NCBI GenBank assembly: GCA_965247475.1
Contig: OZ252016.1
Location: 807,971 to 871,970, forward strand
Source: Chloroflexota bacterium
GTDB lineage: Bacteria; Chloroflexota; UBA11872
Direction of reading: 5' to 3'
DNA length: 64,000 nucleotides
The translations under genes and the position numbers were made by a program. How positions within the stretch are numbered: position 1 is the first letter of the stretch; the number at the start of each line of letters is the position of its first letter. Under the pieces are notes generated by a model. It ran no database searches, had not been told where the DNA came from, and saw only the letters and a program-made list of their open reading frames with translations. Shown here in pieces: positions 1-9,056 of the stretch.

Positions 1-1186
1 GGTACGCGCCGGTGCCGCAGCACGGATCGAGCACGTAGACGTTCTCCGCCGCCAGCCCGTCGGCGATGCCCAGATCGTCCCTGAGCGCGCGGTCCACGCG
101 CGCCACCATGTAGCGCACCACCTCGCCGGGCGTGTACCAGACGCCCAGTTGTTTCCGCAGCGCGGGGTCGAAGGCCTGCAGAAACGGCTCGTAGAAGTAG
201 GGCACGGCCTCTCCCTCGTTGAACCGCGCGAAGAACGTGTCCCGGTCCACCCGGTCGAGCGCGGCGGCCGTCCAGTCCAGCACCTCCACCAGGCCCAGCG
301 GCCGCAACTGCCCGGGGTTGGATAGCTGCTGGAACAGCGCCCGCAAGACCGGTGCGCGCAGATGCCAGACGGCCTCGTGCCAGTTGAATCGATCCGTGGG
401 CGGCGGCGTCTGGCGCGCCCACAGCACCCAGGCGGAGAAGACCCCGTAGAAGAGCGTCTGCACCAGCGTCGAGCGGAAGAAGGCCGCGCCGCGCTCGCCC
501 TCGAAGCGCACGCCGAGCGCCTCCTCCAGGGCCGAACGCACCGCCGCCAGGGACGGCGCATCGCCGGCCGCCTCGACCCGCGCCAGACCGTCGCGCGCGT
601 ACGAGGCCAGTAGCCAGGCCAGGTCCTTCGGCTCGGCCAGCGCGGCCCGGTGCGACAGCGCCCGGCCGAGATACTCACCCAGACCGGCCCCGACCCGGCC
701 GGCAAAGGCGCGCGGCTTTTCCAACAGACGGTCGAACTCTTCGGCGCCGGCCGCCAGCCGGAAGGTCTCCAGCTTGGCGGGCCTGCCCTCCGCGTCCTCG
801 CCGACCAGCACGAAGTCGCGGGTGTTGGTCACCAGCACCAGGCGATAGCGGCCCCAGTAGCGGCTGACCTGATCGCCGGCCGCGGTCAGCCAGGCGTCGT
901 CGTCGGCGGGTTTGACCTCGACCACGCCGCATTCGGGAATCTGGCCCTCGCGCGGCTGGCCCCGCTGCACTTGCTTGGCTGCGTAGAGACCGAGGTCGGG
1001 ATGACCCGCGCCCTGGTCGGCCAGCTCGATGACGCAGAAGACCTTGGGTTTGAGCGCGCCGCCGACCGCGTTTAGCAGGTTGGCGAGCGGGCCGTAGCTG
1101 GAGCGCTCGCCGGTCGCGCCGCCGGACGCGCGCACGCGGCGCAGGTCTTCAAGGTAGGTCTCGACCGCCGTCGCCAGCCGCGTCAT
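1..1186 (-). CDS. Type ISP/IIG restriction-modification enzyme with N6-adenine methyltransferase, 5' part (runs off the window)
   Basis: Not in the ORF track. Manual minus-strand translation from ATG 1186: MTRLATAVETYLEDLRRV...VVEVK...YFYEPFLQAFDPALRKQLGVWYTP...VLDPCCGTGAY (SAM-binding motif I). Confidence 0.88.
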   Translation of the reverse strand, partial: MTRLATAVETYLEDLRRVRASGGATGERSSYGPLANLLNAVGGALKPKVFCVIELADQGAGHPDLGLYAAKQVQRGQPREGQIPECGVVEVKPADDDAWLTAAGDQVSRYWGRYRLVLVTNTRDFVLVGEDAEGRPAKLETFRLAAGAEEFDRLLEKPRAFAGRVGAGLGEYLGRALSHRAALAEPKDLAWLLASYARDGLARVEAAGDAPSLAAVRSALEEALGVRFEGERGAAFFRSTLVQTLFYGVFSAWVLWARQTPPPTDRFNWHEAVWHLRAPVLRALFQQLSNPGQLRPLGLVEVLDWTAAALDRVDRDTFFARFNEGEAVPYFYEPFLQAFDPALRKQLGVWYTPGEVVRYMVARVDRALRDDLGIADGLAAENVYVLDPCCGTGAY

Positions 1187-1272
1187 CTGTTGGCCGTCCG
1201 CGCTCGTGGTGGCATTAGAGTAGCCGTGCGGGCGCTTGGGGTACGTCCCATGAGTCTGGTAGCCCGCCCTCC

Positions 1273-1399
1273 TGTCATTCTGAGCCGGAGGCGAAGAATC
1301 TCATGGGTGCCGGTCGTGCGGAGGAGCCCGTACAGGCGCGGCGGCCACGTGCCGGTCCCGTGCGCCCTTCGACGAGCTCAGGGTGCACGGGGGACACGC
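1273..1399. repeat. Cluster of short intergenic REP-like elements
   Basis: TGTCATTCTGAG...GAAGAATCTC resembles 6025-6059. CCCTTCGACGAGCTCAGGGTGCACGGGGGACACGC is a near-identical reverse complement of 13844-13885. Confidence 0.75.
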
Positions 1400-1464
1400 C
1401 GGCGCCGATGCTGGCGGACGGCCGTATGATGGCCGTCGCCGGACAACAGAGGGTCTGATCGACC

Positions 1465-2511
1465 ATGCCAGCAACGCCGCCGACTGATCGGGTACGCGTC
1501 GGCCTGATCGGCGCCGGGAACTTTGGGCGCCACACCGCCGCGATCATCGCCGGTCTGCCGGAGCTCGAGCTGGTCGGCGTGGCCGATGTGCGGGCCGACG
1601 CGGCCGCCCAGATGGGCGCCGAATACGGCGTGCCTTCGTGGGAAGGGCATGAGGCGCTGCTGGCCGCGTGCGAGTGCGAGGCCGTCGCGATCGTCACGCC
1701 GCACAGCACCCATCGCGACATCTCGGTCGCGAGCGCCGAAGCCGGGCGCCACATCTTCTGCGAGAAGACCATGGCCGTCACCGTGGCCGAGTGCCACGAC
1801 ATGATCGAGTCGGCGGAGGCCAACGGCGTCAAGCTCATGGTCGGCCACAAGCGGCGGTTTCGGACCGCGCACGCCGAGATCAAGCGCCTGCTCGAGACCG
1901 GCGAGTTCGGCCGTCCGATGGCGATCAACGTGGCGGGCTACTTTGGCCGCGTGCTCGGGGGCTTCTGGACCGTCCGCGCGCTGTGCGGCGGCCTCATGTA
2001 CTGGGCCGGCACGCACGACGTCGACACGATCCGCCACTATCTGGGCGAAGTCGACCAGGTGTCGGCGATCACCGGGCCCAAGCTGTTTCCCGAGCTCTCC
2101 GATCAGGAGGACTCGATCGCCGTCAACCTCCGATTTGCCAGCGGCGCGATCGGGTCGATTCAGGTCTCGACCCACTACCCGATGGCCACCTACCGAACCG
2201 CGTTCACGTACCAGATCGTCTGCGAGCGGGGCGGGATCGCGTATGACCCGCGGCAAGTCGCGGTGCACACGCAGCTCCGCGATCAGCCGATGCAGACGAC
2301 GTTCTTCGAGGGCTACGGGGCGGACGAGGCCTACGATCGTGAATGGTCGAGCTTCGCCGCCTGGATCCTGCGGGACGAGCCGCCGGTGCTGACCGGCGAG
2401 GATGGCCTGCGCACGGTCGAGATCATGCAGGCCGCCTACATCTCGGCGGAGAACCAGGGCGCGCCGGTGACGCTGCCGCTCGACCGTCACGAGCGCCGGC
2501 CCTTCGGCTAG
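1465..2511 (+). CDS. Gfo/Idh/MocA family oxidoreductase
   Basis: GLIGAGNFG Rossmann motif, HIFCEK motif, GTHDVD. Confidence 0.92.
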   Translation: MPATPPTDRVRVGLIGAGNFGRHTAAIIAGLPELELVGVADVRADAAAQMGAEYGVPSWEGHEALLAACECEAVAIVTPHSTHRDISVASAEAGRHIFCEKTMAVTVAECHDMIESAEANGVKLMVGHKRRFRTAHAEIKRLLETGEFGRPMAINVAGYFGRVLGGFWTVRALCGGLMYWAGTHDVDTIRHYLGEVDQVSAITGPKLFPELSDQEDSIAVNLRFASGAIGSIQVSTHYPMATYRTAFTYQIVCERGGIAYDPRQVAVHTQLRDQPMQTTFFEGYGADEAYDREWSSFAAWILRDEPPVLTGEDGLRTVEIMQAAYISAENQGAPVTLPLDRHERRPFG

Positions 2512-2621
2512 CCGTCCGACCGCCGCCCGGCGGCGCGGACCCATCGCCCGCCGGTTGACCGCGACCGGAGGCGGTGATAGGACTCTGGGCCATTCCCCGT
2601 GAATCCCGAGGGCGCACTCAC

Positions 2622-3569
2622 ATGACGGGCTCGACCACTGAGGTTTCCGGCGTCGTGCCGATCATTCCCACCCCATTCGAGCCGGGCACGGAAGCGCTGG
2701 ACCTGGCCGCGCACCGCCGGTTGATCGAGCACGCGATCGCCCTGGGCCTCAGCGCCGTCTGCCTGCCCGCGTACGGCAGCGAGTTCTACAAGCTCACCGA
2801 TCAGGAGCGACTCGAGCTGATCGAGAACGCGGTCGCGGCGGCGGACGGCCGCATCACGGTCCTCGCGCAGTGCAATCACGGGTCGGCTCGGGGCGCGGCC
2901 GCCGTGGCTCGCCAGGCCACGGGACTGGGCGCCGATGTGATCTCGTTCGCGCTGCCGCGGCTGTTCCCGCTCGCGGAGGACCGGCAGCTGGAGTACGCGG
3001 CCGAGGTGTGCGGCGCGACCGAGCGCCCGGTGCTGATCCAGGACTTCAGCCCGTCCGGTGGAACCGTCGGCGGCGACTTCTGCGCCCGGCTCCTGGAGCG
3101 CTCGCCCAACTTCCGCTACATCAAACTGGAGGAGCCTCGGATGGCCCCCAAAGTCCGGGCCATCCGCGCCGCGACCGATGACGGCGTGGGTGTGCTGGAG
3201 GGCTGGGGCGGCCTGTACACGCTGGAGCTCGTCGACGCCGGCATCGTCGGGATCATGCCCGGTCTCGGACTGGCCGACTTTCACGCCGAGCTGTGGCGGG
3301 CGGCCCTCGCCGGCGACACGGTCAGGGCGCGGGCGCTCTTCGATGTCGTTACGCCCTGGACGGTGAACGCGCTGACCGACGTCGAGTTCTACAACGTCGT
3401 GGAGAAGCGCCTGCTCGCCGCGCGCGGATTGCTCGCGCACGGTGCGACGCGCAACCCCACGCACCAGCCAGACGAGGATGCGCTGGCGTACGCCGACGCT
3501 CTCGACGAGCACGCGATCGCCGCCGCTTCCCAATTCGGCCTGGTCGCGCAGCCTTCGGCGATCGAATAG
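2622..3569 (+). CDS. Dihydrodipicolinate synthase (DHDPS/NAL) family aldolase/dehydratase
   Basis: GVVPIIPTPF, GSEFYKLTDQER, YIKLE Schiff-base lysine. Confidence 0.88.
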   Translation: MTGSTTEVSGVVPIIPTPFEPGTEALDLAAHRRLIEHAIALGLSAVCLPAYGSEFYKLTDQERLELIENAVAAADGRITVLAQCNHGSARGAAAVARQATGLGADVISFALPRLFPLAEDRQLEYAAEVCGATERPVLIQDFSPSGGTVGGDFCARLLERSPNFRYIKLEEPRMAPKVRAIRAATDDGVGVLEGWGGLYTLELVDAGIVGIMPGLGLADFHAELWRAALAGDTVRARALFDVVTPWTVNALTDVEFYNVVEKRLLAARGLLAHGATRNPTHQPDEDALAYADALDEHAIAAASQFGLVAQPSAIE

Positions 3570-3615
3570 GCGGGCGGGCGCCGCGCCGCCGTCACCTCAG
3601 CGCTGGGTCAGCGGC

Positions 3616-4179
3616 TCAGCCGCAGGTGAAGCAGTAGACCTTCCCGCCGGGCGCCAGCACGCGGAAGGTGTATTCCAGCCGCTTCGCCGGCTCCCCCGTT
3701 CGCATCGCGGGATCGATCTCGACCAGCTCGAGGATCACGGTAGTGTCCGCCGCCGCGTTGCCGTGAAACTCGAGGATCTTTGCGGCCGTGGTGGGATCGC
3801 CGATCAGGCCGCTGGTCTCGAACGCGGCCACGCCATCGACCTTCACCCACTCCATGACGAAGGTCTCCGGCAGCTGCGCGAAGCGCCACCGCAGTGTCGA
3901 GCTGTCGTCGCCGGTCAGGTGGATCTCCATGCCCTTCTTGTCCGGAAGGCCGATATCGGCGAGGTAGTACTCCGTCTCGATGATGTCCGGCCCGGCATCC
4001 TCTTCCGTCACGATCTGCCATTGGATCTGCTCGTCGCCGGTCGCCGCGGAACGGCCGCCCGATGCCGATCCGTCCGTTGCGACGGTGGCGGTGCCTTCGC
4101 CGCACGCCGCGACCGTCATCGCCGCGACGAGCACGCCCACTCCAATCAGCATCCTGGCCCCAAGGCGTTGCCGGCTCAC
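3616..4179 (-). CDS. Hypothetical lipoprotein, paralog of 53051..53599
   Basis: Lipobox VAAC after a hydrophobic stretch; strong similarity to the ORF at 53051. Confidence 0.8.
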   Translation of the reverse strand: MSRQRLGARMLIGVGVLVAAMTVAACGEGTATVATDGSASGGRSAATGDEQIQWQIVTEEDAGPDIIETEYYLADIGLPDKKGMEIHLTGDDSSTLRWRFAQLPETFVMEWVKVDGVAAFETSGLIGDPTTAAKILEFHGNAAADTTVILELVEIDPAMRTGEPAKRLEYTFRVLAPGGKVYCFTCG

Positions 4180-4430
4180 ACTCAATCCTCACTTGCAACG
4201 GCTGGCTGCGGACAGACCGATTCCCTGCTGGACAAGCGTACCGCCCGCGCCGCCGTCTAGGCACGCCGCCGCAACAACCCGAGCCGGGCCACAGACCGCG
4301 TCACGCCGACCACCCGCGTCGGTACGCATGCCCGCCGCATTCGGAATACATCCACGCGGGCATTACATTCGTATGACGAGATGGGCGACATTTCTGGAAG
4401 AATTCCGCGATGACTGGAACCAATGGACCA

Positions 4431-5990
4431 ATGACTATCAAGTGGCTGACCCGTCAATTGATGCCCGCAACGGCCGGTCTGATCGGCGCGGGCGTCGCGC
4501 TCGCGGTCAGCGAGATATACGCCGGCGTGATTTCGGGCGGGCCTTCGCTCGTCGTTGCGGTCGGCGCCCTCCTCATCGACCTCGCCCCGCCGCCGCTCAA
4601 GGACTTCGCGATCGCGGCGTTCGGGTTGAACGACAAGCTGGCCCTTGTGATTGGGATCGTCGTCGTCTCGTTGCTCGCGGGCGCCGGGCTCGGGGTCGTG
4701 GCCCGCTGGCGCTGGTGGACGGCGCCGGCTGGGTTTGGCGCGTTCGGCCTTCTGGGTGCGGTCGCCGGCATCCACGCGCCGCTGCTGGCGTCCGTGCACG
4801 CTGTGCTGGCCGCGGCGGTGTCGGGCTTCGCGGGCCTCTGGACCCTGAACCTGCTGGTGAGGATTGCCGACGCGGAGTTCCGCGCGCCGCTGACGTTCGG
4901 AGGAGAGCGGCGGTTTGGGCGCCGCGGGTTCATTCAGGCGGCTGGGGCCTTTGCCGCGGTCGGCGCCGCCGCGGCCGTCGGTGGTCGAATACTCCTCGAA
5001 CGATCACGGATCCTGGCGGCGAGCCGGGATGAAGTTGAACTGCCGCCCGCCGCCGAGACCGTAGCCGCGCCGTCGCCGCAGGCGACGGTGGACGTTCCCG
5101 ACATCGACCCGGTGGTAACGCCGAACGAGGACTTCTACCGGATCGACACGGCCCTGTCGGTGCCGCTCGTGGACCTCGAGACCTGGAAGCTGAAGATCAC
5201 CGGCATGGTTGATCGACCGTATGAGCTGACGTTCAACCAGCTGCTCGACATCCCGATGGTGGAGCGCTACGTGACCCTCGCGTGCGTTTCGAACTCGGTC
5301 GGCGGCGATCTGATCGACAACGCCAAATGGCTGGGCGTTCCGTTGACCGACATCCTCGATCGCGCGGGCGTGCAGGCAGGCGCGTCCCAGATCGTCGGGC
5401 GCTCGGTGGACGAGTTCACGGTCGGATTCCCGACCGAGCGGGCGTTCGATGGGCGCAACGCCATGGTCGCGGTCGGCATGAACGACGAGCCCCTGCCGCT
5501 GGAGCACGGCTTCCCCGCGCGGCTGGTCGTGGCCGGGCTTTACGGCTTCGTGTCGGCGACGAAATGGCTGTCCGAGATCGAGCTCACGACGCTCGATGGC
5601 TTCGACGCGTACTGGATTCCGCGTGGGTGGTCCAAGCAGGCGCCGATCAAGACCCAATCGCGAATTGACGTGCCCAGGTGGGACGCGGTCCTCCGTCCGG
5701 GTCCGGTGGTGGTCGCGGGGGTCGCGTGGGCGCAGAATCGCGGGATCAGCAAGGTCGAGGTCCAGGTGGCGCGCGGGGATTGGCACGAGGCCACGCTGGC
5801 CGACGCCATAAGCGCGGATACGTGGCGCCAGTGGGTCTACATGTGGGACGACGCCACGCCGGGCGTTCACGAGATCCGAGTGCGCGCCACCGACAGCACC
5901 GGCGAAACACAGACTGCCGAAGTGAACCCGCCCGCGCCCGATGGCGCGACCGGTTATCACGCGAGGTACATGCTGGTGGAGGAGTCCTAG
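4431..5990 (+). CDS. Membrane-anchored molybdopterin-dependent oxidoreductase (sulfite oxidase family)
   Basis: N-terminal TM helices, FYRIDTAL, TLACVSN Mo-binding Cys, HGFPARLVV, ATKWL, C-terminal dimerisation domain. Confidence 0.92.
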   Translation: MTIKWLTRQLMPATAGLIGAGVALAVSEIYAGVISGGPSLVVAVGALLIDLAPPPLKDFAIAAFGLNDKLALVIGIVVVSLLAGAGLGVVARWRWWTAPAGFGAFGLLGAVAGIHAPLLASVHAVLAAAVSGFAGLWTLNLLVRIADAEFRAPLTFGGERRFGRRGFIQAAGAFAAVGAAAAVGGRILLERSRILAASRDEVELPPAAETVAAPSPQATVDVPDIDPVVTPNEDFYRIDTALSVPLVDLETWKLKITGMVDRPYELTFNQLLDIPMVERYVTLACVSNSVGGDLIDNAKWLGVPLTDILDRAGVQAGASQIVGRSVDEFTVGFPTERAFDGRNAMVAVGMNDEPLPLEHGFPARLVVAGLYGFVSATKWLSEIELTTLDGFDAYWIPRGWSKQAPIKTQSRIDVPRWDAVLRPGPVVVAGVAWAQNRGISKVEVQVARGDWHEATLADAISADTWRQWVYMWDDATPGVHEIRVRATDSTGETQTAEVNPPAPDGATGYHARYMLVEES

Positions 5991-6024
5991 GCAGGCTTCC
6001 CGCCCAGCGCCGGGTCTGGGCAAC

Positions 6025-6131
6025 CTGTCATTCCGAGGCGAGGCCGAGGAATCTCATGGCCACCGCACCGGCAAGAGCATGTCCTGAGCCTGTCGAAGCG
6101 CCTGTCCCAAGTCCATCGAAGGAATCTCATG
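6025..6131. repeat. Intergenic REP-like element cluster
   Basis: CTGTCATTCCGAG...GAGGAATCTCATGG and GTCCTGAGCCTGTCGAAG, shared with 1273-1399 and 13844-13885. Confidence 0.7.
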
Positions 6132-6206
6132 GCGCGCGTGTACATGCGCCGGTCGTTAACCGCGAATGATAGGAGGCGTGGGCCGCCAGGCTTGTGGAAC
6201 GTACAT

Positions 6207-6908
6207 CTAGCCGAGTGCCCAGCCGGCGGCGGCCAGCGCGATCCCCACACTCGCGATCATTGCAGTCGCGTTCCCGAGCACCCGCGCCGGTCGGCCTAGC
6301 CCGCGCGAGATGCGCCGGATCCAAACGACGGCGCCCGCGATGGCAATAACCACTGCCAGTCCCGCCGCAATTGCGGCGGCGGGCATCTCGGCCGCGGCGG
6401 ACGCGAGCAGGCGGGCACTCGCGCCGAGGCCGGTCGGACCGTAGATTTGCAGCCGTGCGGACAGTCCGGGGTCGCGTATCTGATTGATCTCCAGGCCCAG
6501 ACCCATCGGCTGGAAGCTCGAAGCTTCAATGTGCAGGAACCCGCGGTCCCCGCTCGCCACCGAGAGCTGTGCGCCGTATTCGGCGTCGACGATCAGCGGG
6601 ACCGCGGGCAGCTCGATTCGAAGCCAACCTTCCGCATCGGTGTCCTCGAGCGATCCCGTCGCCTCGGCCAGAATCCGCTGCCGCGAGTCGATCAGCCGCG
6701 CGACGATCATGAGATCCGACGGCGACGAGCTTCTCCCGGGACGGAACGCGACGACGCGAATCGTGTCCGTTCGCGTCCTGAACCACTGCGTGGCAGCGCC
6801 CCCCTCATGCAGCGGTCCCGCTTCGAAGTCCAATCCGCCCCCCAATTGCACAGGTGGCGGTCCATCGATGAGCCGCGCCAGGCCATATCCGCCGAGCGCG
6901 AGGCCCAC
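6207..6908 (-). CDS. Hypothetical membrane protein (start uncertain)
   Basis: 233-aa ORF with hydrophobic N- and C-terminal segments; the hydrophobic frame extends upstream of the GTG. Confidence 0.55.
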   Translation of the reverse strand: MGLALGGYGLARLIDGPPPVQLGGGLDFEAGPLHEGGAATQWFRTRTDTIRVVAFRPGRSSSPSDLMIVARLIDSRQRILAEATGSLEDTDAEGWLRIELPAVPLIVDAEYGAQLSVASGDRGFLHIEASSFQPMGLGLEINQIRDPGLSARLQIYGPTGLGASARLLASAAAEMPAAAIAAGLAVVIAIAGAVVWIRRISRGLGRPARVLGNATAMIASVGIALAAAGWALG

Positions 6909-6976
6909 CGCCAGCAGCAGCGACAGGAGCGCGATGCGCGGACGGCGTAGCTGACCCCGGTCGTGGCCGATGACGC

Positions 6977-7441
6977 ATGCTCGCTCGGGATCGGCGCGTG
7001 CCGCGCGTGCCCGTGAGGAGGCTGGCGGCGCTCAGCCTAGCAGCGCTGCTGCTCGCGCACGTCGGCGTCTCGGCCGCCGGCGTCGCGGCAAATCAAAGCG
7101 GACCCACCGGCATCGCCGCGCTGCTGCGGCCGATTGACGCGACGGCCGAGGAGCGGCGGTCGTACGCGATGGGCGACCGTCTGGCGGCGATCCGATTGGT
7201 CGAACGTCACACCGAGCCGGGGTCCCAGATCGCCGTTCCACTCTCGTCCGAGGGGCTTGCGGTGGCGGAGATCGGTCGCTTGTACCTATACCCCCGCACC
7301 CTGATCCAAGCATGGCCGTACGACGTCACCTCGCGGGAGGCCGACTACGTACTCGTCATGGATGCCCAAACCACCTATGGCGGCGACCCGGTTGGCTCGG
7401 TTGGGTCGATCCTCAAGCTCTATCGGGCGCGGGATACCTAG
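6977..7441 (+). CDS. Hypothetical membrane-anchored protein
   Basis: N-terminal hydrophobic helix; stop abuts the next ATG. Confidence 0.6.
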   Translation: MLARDRRVPRVPVRRLAALSLAALLLAHVGVSAAGVAANQSGPTGIAALLRPIDATAEERRSYAMGDRLAAIRLVERHTEPGSQIAVPLSSEGLAVAEIGRLYLYPRTLIQAWPYDVTSREADYVLVMDAQTTYGGDPVGSVGSILKLYRARDT

Positions 7442-8821
7442 ATGGCGTTGTTCATGCTGGCTGCCGTCGGCCTGACGCTGGGAGGCGTTGCCGCCGTCCG
7501 GCGCATGGCGCCCCACGTGACGTTGCGCGAGGCGGTCGGCGTGGGGTTCATCGCGGGCGTGGGCGCTGCCATGTGGACGCTTCAGCTTGCGTTTGCGGCC
7601 GGCGTTCCACCGGGCGCGGCGAGCTGGCTGGTGGCCGGGAGCATCGGAGCCGTGGTGTTCGCGGTGGTCGAGCGTCGTGCGCTCCTTTCGAGCGGCGCAT
7701 GGCACGACCTCCGAACCGCCTGCGGCTCACATCGAGGCTGGGTGGGCGACGCCGCACTGGCCGCCGCGCTGGCCAGCATCACCGCGTTCGCGCTGAGCTG
7801 GCCGGTGTTCCTCTGGGACTCACAGAGCATTTGGGTGGCGAAAGGGCACGGGCTGCTCGTCGAGCGGTCGCTCGACGGCGTGCGTGCTGGGTTGTTCCCG
7901 GGCTATCCGCTCGGGCTTCCGAGCGTGCATGCGGCCGCGCTGGAACTGGGCGGGGAGCCTGCGTCCAAGCTCATCGCGCCGCTGTACGTCGCGGCGCTGG
8001 CCGGAGTCGTGTCAGGCGCGGTCGGTCGTGCGGGAGCGCCATGGGCGGGAGTCATCACGGCGCTGGCCGTGATCGCCACGCCGACCCTGTTGAGCTTCGC
8101 CTCCACGGCCTACGCAGACGTGCCGTTCGCGGCCGTCGCCACCATGGGCACGGTCTACCTGCTCGAGTTCATCGCGGCGGGCGCGGCCGCGTCGTTGCGA
8201 CTGGCCGCGCTGACGACCGCGGCGACCGCGCTGCTAAGGCTCGAGGCTCCGCTGCTGCTGGCCGCGGCGATCCCCCTCGCACTCGCATTCGCGCGCGGAC
8301 GCGCGCGGATCACCGCGCCGCTGCTGCTGATCGGAGCTTTCGCCGTCGTGTGGACACCCTGGCAGCTCATATTCAGCTCCGTTCTCGGCCTCTCCGAGCC
8401 CTACACGGCGCGGGCGACCGCGCTTCCGGCCGACCTCATCAATGGCGCCGTCGACTACGGTCGGCTGCAGGTCATCGCCACCCACTTTGGTCAGAAGGCA
8501 CTGAGCCTGGCGTCCTGGAGCCTGACCTTTCCCTTGCTCGTGATCGGTGCGAGCGCCCTGCTGTTCACCCGCCGCCGCCTCGGTTTCGCGCTCGTCACGT
8601 TCGTGGTTGTGAACGCCGCGCTGACGCTCGTTGTGTTCTACAGCGGTCCCTTCGCGACGGAGTCGCTGCAATCCGGCTGGCTGGTCACGACGTTCGACCG
8701 CTTCACGCTTCGCTGGGCGCTGTTGGGCGCCGTGGCGGTGGGCGTGCTGCTTCAGACGCTCGTACGCGCATCGGGCGCGGCGGCCCCGCACGCACCGTCC
8801 CTGGCCGACCGTACTGAGTAG
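7442..8821 (+). CDS. Polytopic membrane protein, probable GT-C fold glycosyltransferase
   Basis: Many TM helices; WDSQSIW..K, YPLGLP and YADVP motifs typical of GT-C-like proteins. Confidence 0.7.
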   Translation: MALFMLAAVGLTLGGVAAVRRMAPHVTLREAVGVGFIAGVGAAMWTLQLAFAAGVPPGAASWLVAGSIGAVVFAVVERRALLSSGAWHDLRTACGSHRGWVGDAALAAALASITAFALSWPVFLWDSQSIWVAKGHGLLVERSLDGVRAGLFPGYPLGLPSVHAAALELGGEPASKLIAPLYVAALAGVVSGAVGRAGAPWAGVITALAVIATPTLLSFASTAYADVPFAAVATMGTVYLLEFIAAGAAASLRLAALTTAATALLRLEAPLLLAAAIPLALAFARGRARITAPLLLIGAFAVVWTPWQLIFSSVLGLSEPYTARATALPADLINGAVDYGRLQVIATHFGQKALSLASWSLTFPLLVIGASALLFTRRRLGFALVTFVVVNAALTLVVFYSGPFATESLQSGWLVTTFDRFTLRWALLGAVAVGVLLQTLVRASGAAAPHAPSLADRTE

Positions 8822-9056
8822 CCCCGCGCGGCCGCCACCCGTCGGCCCGGCGTGTCGCCAGTCGCTTGCGGGCGGGACGCGCCGGCAGTGGATACTTGAC
8901 GCGCCCTCGGCACGTCGATCGGCGGCCCCGAGCGGGCCGGCTCGGTCCTGGCGCTCTCCCGGACTGGCTTGACCCATCGCTCGATTTCACCGGATTCCGG
9001 TCCAGACGGAGTTTCGGGTTGCCCGCCTGGGCGAGGCGTTTGCGAACGCGGCCCGA

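Noticed and set aside
219-1075. Plus-strand ORFs at the window start
   Set aside because: Antisense shadows of the restriction-modification gene.
3590-3640. Selenocysteine read-through after CFTCG-TGA
   Set aside because: Only a weak 5-bp hairpin follows, the paralog lacks this tail, and no selenoprotein family is recognisable.
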